From the human T2T-CHM13v2.0 reference genome, Homo sapiens: a stretch of DNA of 64,000 nt. The position numbers and the translations under genes were made by a program. The DNA is taken from the NCBI RefSeq assembly GCF_009914755.1, contig NC_060939.1. One strand, written 5' to 3'. The notes below the pieces were generated by a model. The model searched no databases. It was given only the letters and a program-made list of their open reading frames with translations, and was not told where the DNA came from. This document shows, piece after piece, positions 56,301 to 64,000 of this stretch (position 1 is the stretch's first letter; the number at the start of each line of letters is the position of its first letter).

Positions 56301-59300
56301 TTACATTCGAGTCTATTCTCTTCCGTTCCATTCGATTTCGTTCCAATCCATTCGATTCCATTCCATTCGATTCCATTCCATACTATTGCATTCCATTCGA
56401 TTACATTATATTCGAATAAGTTCCATTCAAGACCATTTCTTTTGAGTCCATTCTATTTGAGTCCATTCCCTTTGATTCCATAACATTTGAGTCCATTCAA
56501 TTCCATTCCTTTCGTTTCCATTCCATTTGATGCCATTCCATTCAATTCTGTTCTACTCGACTCCAATACATTCAATTCCATTCCATCCGATTCCATTACA
56601 TTCTTTTCATTTCTTATCCATTTCAAGCCATTCCACTCCATTCCATTCCACTCGTTTCCTTTCCATTCGAGTCCATTCCTCTCCAGTCCATTCCGTTCAA
56701 TCCATTCCATTCCAGTCCATTCCATTCGAGTCCGTTCCATTCCAGTCCATTCCCTTCGAGTCAATTCCATTCCATTCGATGTCTTTCCATAACGATCCAT
56801 TCCATTCTATTCCTTTCGATTCCATTCCATTCTATTTCATTCCATTCGATTCCCTTCCATTGGACTCCTTTCCATTCGAGTGCATTCCATTCCGTTCCAT
56901 TTCTTTCCGTTCTGTACGATTCCTACCGTTCGATTTCATTTTGTTCCAGTCCATTCTTTCGCGTCCATTCCATTCCATTTCACTCCATTCGATTCCATTC
57001 CACTCGATTCCACTTCGTTCCATTTCATTGCATTCCATTCTATTCAACTCTATTGCCTTCCATTCCATTCCATTCGATTACATTCCATGCGACTCCATTC
57101 GAAATCGAATCAATTACATTGCAATCCATTACTATTGAGTCCGTTTTATTCCAGTCCACTGCATTCTGGTCCATTCCATTTGATTCCATTCCATTCTATT
57201 CCATTCCATACAGTTGCATTCCATTGGATTCCATGCTATATCTATAAATTCAATTCGAGACCATTGCTTTTGAGTCCATTCTATATGATTCCATTCCATT
57301 CAAGTCCATTACATTTGGTTCAATTCCATTCCATTCGGTTCAATTCCATTCCATTCCATTCCCTTCCATTCCATTCCAGTTGATATCAATCCATTCGATT
57401 CCATTCCATTCGAGCACATTCCATTCGAGTCCATTCCATTCGATGCCATTCCATTTGATTCTATTCCATTAGTCTCCATTCAATTCCATTAATCTCCATT
57501 CCATTCCATTCTACTCCAACTGATTCCATTCCATTCTATTCCTTTCCATTCCATTTCATTCCATTCCATTCCATTCCATTCCATTCGTGTCCATTCCACT
57601 CCAGTCCATTCCATTCGTATCCATTCCATTCCAGTCCATTCCATTTGTGTCCACTGCATTCCATTCCACTCCATTCCATATTATTCCATTACACTCCATT
57701 CCATTCTATTACTTTCATTTCCATTCAATTCCATTCCATTTGATTCCATTCCACTCGGTTTCATTCCATTTGAGTCCACTCCATTCCATTCCATTCCATT
57801 CAGTTCCATTCCATTCTGCTCCATTCCATTCCGTTCCATTACATTCCATTCCATTCGGTACCATTCCATATTGTTCCATTCGATTCCATTCGAATCCATT
57901 CCATTCCAGTCCATTCCATTCGATTCCATTCCATTCATTTCAATTCCATTCCATTCCATTCCATTACATTCCACTTGATTCCTCTCCATTCCCTTCCACT
58001 GCATTCCGTTCGATTCCATTCCATTGCATTGCATTCCATTCCATTGGATTGCATTCCATTCGATTCCATTCCATTCGAATCAATTACATACCAATCCATT
58101 ACATTCGAGTCTATTCTCTTCCGTTCCATTCGATTTCGTTCCAATCCATTCGATTCCATTCCATTCGATTCCATTCCATACTATTGCATTCCATTCGATT
58201 ACATTATATTCGAATAAGTTCCATTCAAGACCATTTCTTTTGAGTCCATTCTATTTGAGTCCATTCCCTTTGATTCCATAACATTTGAGTCCATTCAATT
58301 CCATTCCTTTCGTTTCCATTCCATTTGATGCCATTCCATTCAATTCTGTTCTACTCGACTCCAATACATTCAATTCCATTCCATCCGATTCCATTACATT
58401 CTTTTCATTTCTTATCCATTTCAAGCCATTCCACTCCATTCCATTCCACTCGTTTCCTTTCCATTCGAGTCCATTCCTCTCCAGTCCATTCCGTTCAATC
58501 CATTCCATTCCAGTCCATTCCATTCGAGTCCGTTCCATTCCAGTCCATTCCCTTCGAGTCAATTCCATTCCATTCGATGTCTTTCCATAACGATCCATTC
58601 CATTCTATTCCTTTCGATTCCATTCCATTCTATTTCATTCCATTCGATTCCCTTCCATTGGACTCCTTTCCATTCGAGTGCATTCCATTCCGTTCCATTT
58701 CTTTCCGTTCTGTACGATTCCTACCGTTCAATTTCATTTTGTTCCAGTCCATTCTTTCGCGTCCATTCCATTCCATTTCACTCCATTCGATTCCATTCCA
58801 CTCGATTCCACTTCGTTCCATTTCATTGCATTCCATTCTATTCAACTCTATTGCCTTCCATTCCATTCCATTCGATTACATTCCATGCGATTCCATTCGA
58901 AATCGAATCAATTACATTGCAATCCATTACTATTGAGTCCGTTTTATTCCAGTCCACTGCATTCTGGTCCATTCCATTTGATTCCATTCCATTCTATTCC
59001 ATTCCATACAGTTGCATTCCATTGGATTCCATGCTATATCTATAAATTCAATTCGAGACCATTGCTTTTGAGTCCATTCTATATGATTCCATTCCATTCA
59101 AGTCCATTACATTTGGTTCAATTCCATTCCATTCGGTTCAATTCCATTCCATTCCATTCCCTTCCATTCCATTCCAGTTGATATCAATCCATTCGATTCC
59201 ATTCCATTCGAGCACATTCCATTCGATGCCATTCCATTTGATTCTATTCCATTAGTCTCCATTCAATTCCATTAATCTCCATTCCATTCCATTCTACTCC

Positions 59301-62300
59301 AACTGATTCCATTCCATTCTATTCCTTTCCATTCCATTTCATTCCATTGCATTCCATTTCATTCCATTCCATTCCATTCGTGTCCATTCCACTCCAGTCC
59401 ATTCCATTCGTGTCCATTCCATTCCAGTCCATTCCATTTGTGTCCACTGCATTCCATTCCACTCCATTCCATATTATTCCATTACACTCCATTCCATTCT
59501 ATTACTTTCATTTCCATTCAATTCCATTCCATTTGATTCCATTCCACTCGGTTTCATTCCATTTGAGTCCACTCCATTCCATTCCATTCCATTCCATTCA
59601 GTTCCATTCCATTCTGTTCCATTCCATTCCGTTCCATTCCATTCCATTCCATTCGGTACCATTCCATATTGTTCCATTCGATTCCATTCGAATCCATTCC
59701 ATTCCAGTCCATTCCATTCGATTCCATTCCATTCATTTCAATTCCATTCCATTCCATTCCATTACATTCCACTTGATTCCTCTCCATTCCCTTCCACTGC
59801 ATTCCGTTCGATTCCATTCCATTGCATTGCATTCCATTCCATTGGATTGCATTCCATTCGATTCCATTCCATTCGAATCAATTACATAGCAATCCATTAC
59901 ATTCGAGTCTATTCTATTCCGTTCCATTCGATTTCGTTCCAATCCATTCGATTCCATTCCATTCGATTCCATTCCATACTATTGCATTCCATTCGATTAC
60001 ATTATATTCGAATAAGTTCCATTCAAGACCATTTCTTTTGAGTCCATTCTATTTGAGTCCATTCCCTTTGATTCCATAACATTTGAGTCCATTCAATTCC
60101 ATTCCTTTCGTTTCCATTCCATTTGATGCCATTCCATTCAATTCTGTTCTACTCGACTCCAATACATTCAATTCCATTCCATCCGATTCCATTACATTCT
60201 TTTCATTTCTTATCCATTTCAAGCCATTCCACTCCATTCCATTCCACTCGTTTCCTTTCCATTCGAGTCCATTCCTCTCCAGTCCATTCCGTTCAATCCA
60301 TTCCATTCCAGTCCATTCCATTCGAGTCCGTTCCATTCCAGTCCATTCCATTCGAGTCAATTCCATCCCATTCGATGTCTTTCCATAACGATCCATTCCA
60401 TTCTATTCCTTTCGATTCCATTCCATTCTATTTCATTCCATTCGATTCCCTTCCATTGGACTCCTTTCCATTCGAGTGCATTCCATTCCGTTCCATTTCT
60501 TTCCGTTCTGTACGATTCCTACCGTTCGATTTCATTTTGTTCCAGTCCATTCCTTTCGCGTCCATTCCATTCCATTTCACTCCATTCGATTCCATTCCAC
60601 TCGATTCCACTTCGTTCCATTTCATTGCATTCCATTCTATTCAACTCTATTGCCTTCCATTCCATTCCATTCGATTACATTCCATGCGATTCCATTCGAA
60701 ATCGAATCAATTACATTGCAATCCATTACTATTGAGTCCATTTTATTCCAGTCCACTGCATTCTGGTCCATTCCATTTGATTCCATTCCATTCTATTCCA
60801 TTCCATACAGTTGCATTCCATTGAACTCCATTCTATATCTATAAATTCAATTCGAGACCATTGCTTTTGAGTCCATTCTATATGATTCCATTCCATTCAA
60901 GTCCATTACATTTGGTTCAATTCCATTCCATTCCATTCCCTTCCATTCCATTCCAGTTGATATCAATCCATTCGATTCCATTCCATTCGAGCACATTCCA
61001 TTCGAGTCCATTCCATTCGATGCCATTCCATTTGATTCTATTCCATTAGTCTCCATTCAATTCCATTAATCTCCATTCCATTCCATTCTACTCCAACTGA
61101 TTCCATTCCATTCTATTCCTTTCCATTCCATTTCATTCCATTCCATTCCATTTCATTCCATTCCATTCCATTCCATTCCATTCGCTTCCATTCCATTCGT
61201 GTCCATTGCATTCCAGTCCATTCCATTTGTGTCCACTGCATTCCATTCCACTCCATTCCATATTATTCCATTACACTCCATTCCATTCTATTACTTTCAT
61301 TTCCATTGAATTCCATTCCATTTGATTCCATTCCACTCGGTTTCATTCCATTTGAGTCCACTCCACTCCATTCCATTCCATTCCATTCCATTCAGTTCCA
61401 TTCCATTCTGTTCCATTCCATTCCGTTCCATTGCATTCCATTCCATTCGGTACCATTCCATATTGTTCCATTCGATTCCATTCGAATCCATTCCATTCCA
61501 GTCCATTCCATTCGATTCCATTCCATTCCTTTCAATTCCATTCCATTCCATTCCATTCCACTTGATTCCACTCCATTCCCTTCCACTGCATTCCATTGCA
61601 TTGCATTCCATTCCATTGGACTGCATTCCATTCGATTCCATTCCATTCGAATCGATTACATAGCAATCCATTACATTCGAGTCTATTCTATTCCGTTCCA
61701 TTCGATTTCGTTCCAATCCATTCGATTCCATTCCATTCGATTCCATTCCATACTATTGCATTCCATTCGATTACATTATATTCGAATAAGTTCCATTCAA
61801 GACCATTTCTTTTGAGTCCATTCTATTTGAGTCCATTCCCTTTGATTCCATAACATTTGAGTCCATTCAATTCCATTCCTTTCGTTTCCATTCCATTTGA
61901 TGCCATTCCATTCAATTCTGTTCTACTCGACTCCAATACATTCAATTCCATTCCATCCGATTCCATTACATTCTTTTCATTTCTTATCCATTTCAAGCCA
62001 TTCCACTCCATTCCATTCCACTCGTTTCCTTTCCATTCGAGTCCATTCCTCTCCAGTCCATTCCGTTCAATCCATTCCATTCCAGTCCATTCCATTCGAG
62101 TCCGTTCCATTCCAGTCCACTCCATTCGAGTCAATTCCATTCCATTCGATGTCTTTCCATAACGATCCATTCCATTCTATTCCTTTCGATTCCATTCCAT
62201 TCTATTTCATTCCATTCGATTCCCTTCCATTGGACTCCTTTCCATTCGAGTGCATTCCATTCCGTTCCATTTCTTTCCGTTCTGTACGATTCCTACCGTT

Positions 62301-64000
62301 CGATTTCATTTTGTTCCAGTCCATTCCTTTCGCGTCCATTCCATTCCATTTCACTCCATTCGATTCCATTCCACTCGATTCCACTTCGTTCCATTTCATT
62401 GCATTCCATTCTATTCAACTCTATTGCCTTCCATTCCATTCCATTCGATTACATTCCATGCGATTCCATTCGAAATCGAATCAATTACATTGCAATCCAT
62501 TACTATTGAGTCCGTTTTATTCCAGTCCACTGCATTCTGGTCCATTCCATTTGATTCCATTCCATTCTATTCCATTCCATACAGTTGCATTCCATTGGAT
62601 TCCATGCTATATCTATAAATTCAATTCGAGACCATTGCTTTTGAGTCCATTCTATATGATTCCATTCCATTCAAGTCCATTACATTTGGTTAAATTCCAT
62701 TCCATTCGGTTCAATTCCATTCCATTCCATTCCCTTCCATTCCATTCCAGTTGATATCAATCCATTCGATTCCATTCCATTCGAGCACATTCCATTCGAG
62801 TCCATTCCATTCGATGCCATTCCATTTGATTCTATTCCATTAGTCTCCATTCAATTCCATTAATCTCCATTCCATTCCATTCTACTCCAACTGATTCCAT
62901 TCCATTCTATTCCTTTCCATTCCATTTCATTCCATTCCATTCCATTCCATTCCATTCCATTTGTGTCCATTCCACTCCAGTCCATTCCATTCGTATCCAT
63001 TCCATTCCAGTCCATTCCATTTGTGTCCACTGCATTCCATTCCACTCCATTCCATATTATTCCATTACACTCCATTCCATTCTATTACTTTCATTTCCAT
63101 TCAATTCCATTCCATTTGATTCCATTCCACTCGGTTTCATTCCATTTGAGTCCACTCCATTCCATTCCATTCCATTCAGTTCCATTCCATTCTGTTCCAT
63201 TCCATTCCGTTCCATTACATTCCATTCCATTCGGTACCATTCCATATTGTTCCATTCGTTTCCATTCGAATCCATTCCATTCCAGTCCATTCCATTCGAT
63301 TCCATTCCATTCATTTCAATTCCATTCCATTCCATTCCATTACATTCCACTTGATTCCTCTCCATTCCCTTCCACTGCATTCCGTTCGATTCCATTCCAT
63401 TGCATTGCATTCCATTCCATTGGATTGCATTCCATTCGATTCCATTCCATTCGAATCAATTACGTAGCAATCCATTACATTCGAGTGTATTCTCTTCCGT
63501 TCCATTCGATTTCGTTCCAATCCATTCGATTCCATTCCATTCGATTCCATTCCATACTATTGCATTCCATTCGATTACATTATATTCGAATAAGTTCCAT
63601 TCAAGACCATTTCTTTTGAGTCCATTCTATTTGAGTCCATTCCCTTTGATTCCATGACATTTGAGTCCATTCAATTCCATTCCTTTCGTTTCCATTCCAT
63701 TTGATGCCATTCCATTCAATTCTGTTCTACTCGACTCCAATACATTCAATTCCATTCCATCCGATTCCATTACATTCTTTTCATTTCTTAACCATTTCAA
63801 GCCATTCCACTCCATTCCATTCCACTCGTTTCCTTTCCATTCGAGTCCATTCCTCTCCAGTCCATTCCGTTCAATCCATTCCATTCCAGTCCATTCCATT
63901 CGAGTCCGTTCCATTCCAGTCCATTCCATTCGAGTCAATTCCATTCCATTCGATGTCTTTCCATAACGATCCATTCCATTCTATTCCTTTCGATTCCATT
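23400..64000 (+). repeat. Monomer lineage C (tail of U13 to window end); mosaic of several sub-types
   Basis: Shared markers GATTCCTCTCC, GCATTCCGTTCG, CATTCATTTCAATT and CCATGCTATATC. The 15-bp GGTT(A/C)AATT duplication and the CATTCTTTCGCG deletion occur only here. Confidence 0.8.
37799..37848 (+). repeat. Perfect (CATTC)10 tract at the variable-length site of the monomer
   Basis: Ten uninterrupted CATTC copies before GTGTCC. The homologous tract has 9 copies at 35986-36030 and 6 at 57557-57586. Confidence 0.85.

Larger units (their letters stand above)
790..63657 (+). repeat. 35 complete head-to-tail copies of a ~1.8-kb monomer (1773-1818 bp), with partial copies at both window ends
   Basis: The landmark AATAAGTTCCATTCAAGACCATTTCTTTTGAG...GATTCCATAA (end of the recurring 85-aa ORF) occurs at 789, 2603, 4402, 6206, 7980 ... 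61853, 63657. Other once-per-unit landmarks (CTACTCGACTCC, TACGATTCCTACCG, TTCGCGTCC, TTGATATC, TTAGTCTCC) recur at the same period. Confidence 0.97.
1..64000 (+). repeat. Satellite III (HSat3) array of diverged (CATTC)n / (GGAAT)n pentamers; pericentromeric or acrocentric heterochromatin
   Basis: CATTC pentamers with GATTC/GAGTC/CAGTC/CACTC variants cover the whole window on one strand. Long perfect CATTC runs are present, the HSat2-type GATGAT motif is absent, and no unique sequence was seen. Confidence 0.98.
1..64000. repeat. D15Z1: Probable D15Z1-type (chromosome 15p 1.8-kb KpnI satellite III; HSat3A5 subfamily)
   Basis: Seen: 1.8-kb period with one GGTACC per unit, intact at 33 of 36 homologous positions (e.g. 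370, 5787, 7571, 29101, 63233). Known: D15Z1 was defined as a 1.8-kb KpnI satellite III on 15p11. Not verified by alignment; a related acrocentric or great-ape array cannot be excluded. Confidence 0.65.

Noticed and set aside
532-63657. 85-aa ORF present intact in all 36 copies
   Set aside because: It has a TTG start and a low-complexity product. Its retention is explained by array homogenisation, and the variants seen include amino-acid changes. It was used only as a positional landmark.
23-63974. All ORFs in the six-frame track (HSIPF-rich on +, MEWNG-rich on -), up to 321 aa
   Set aside because: (CATTC)n and (GAATG)n contain no stop codon in any frame, so long ORFs are expected. They overlap in several frames, many start at TTG/GTG, and they are freely broken by frameshifts and stops between units.
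1-64000. CRISPR array or prokaryotic repeat system
   Set aside because: There is no repeat/unique-spacer structure and no cas or other genes; the sequence between landmarks is itself repeated.
1-64000. HSat2 (chromosome 1 1.77-kb unit)
   Set aside because: The period is similar, but the HSat2 CATTCGATGATG-type motif is absent and long perfect CATTC runs typical of HSat3 are present.
1-64000. Inserted Alu/L1, CENP-B boxes, telomeric repeats or strand inversions
   Set aside because: None were seen. The regular landmark spacing leaves no room for an insertion larger than a few tens of bases.

Overview
The whole 64-kb window is one uninterrupted block of primate (most likely human) satellite III (HSat3). 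It consists of diverged (CATTC)n pentamers, all in one orientation, built into a ~1.8-kb tandem monomer. A landmark (...CCCTTTGATTCCATAA) recurs 36 times from 789 to 63657, giving 35 complete units of 1773-1818 bp (mean ~1796 bp). One KpnI site per unit fits the 1.8-kb KpnI satellite III of chromosome 15p (D15Z1/HSat3A5), but that assignment is inference. There are no genes, RNA genes, transposons or CRISPR arrays; every listed ORF is an HSIPF/MEWNG translation of the pentamer. I found no new gene-based system. The interesting signal is array architecture: an ancient internal duplication inside the monomer, a 460-bp rearranged junction at the window start, three spatially segregated monomer lineages, nascent dimeric higher-order repeats, chimeric units with mappable crossovers, block copies at 3593, 7188 and 9018 bp offsets, and length changes quantised in 5/15-bp steps plus 1-bp deletions. 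Units U1-U35 start at 790, 2604, 4403, 6207, 7981, 9789, 11563, 13375, 15169, 16977, 18751, 20524, 22332, 24121, 25919, 27732, 29526, 31325, 33119, 34913, 36726, 38544, 40343, 42137, 43911, 45723, 47502, 49315, 51114, 52888, 54701, 56484, 58282, 60080, 61854. All variant calls were read by eye and need confirming by alignment.
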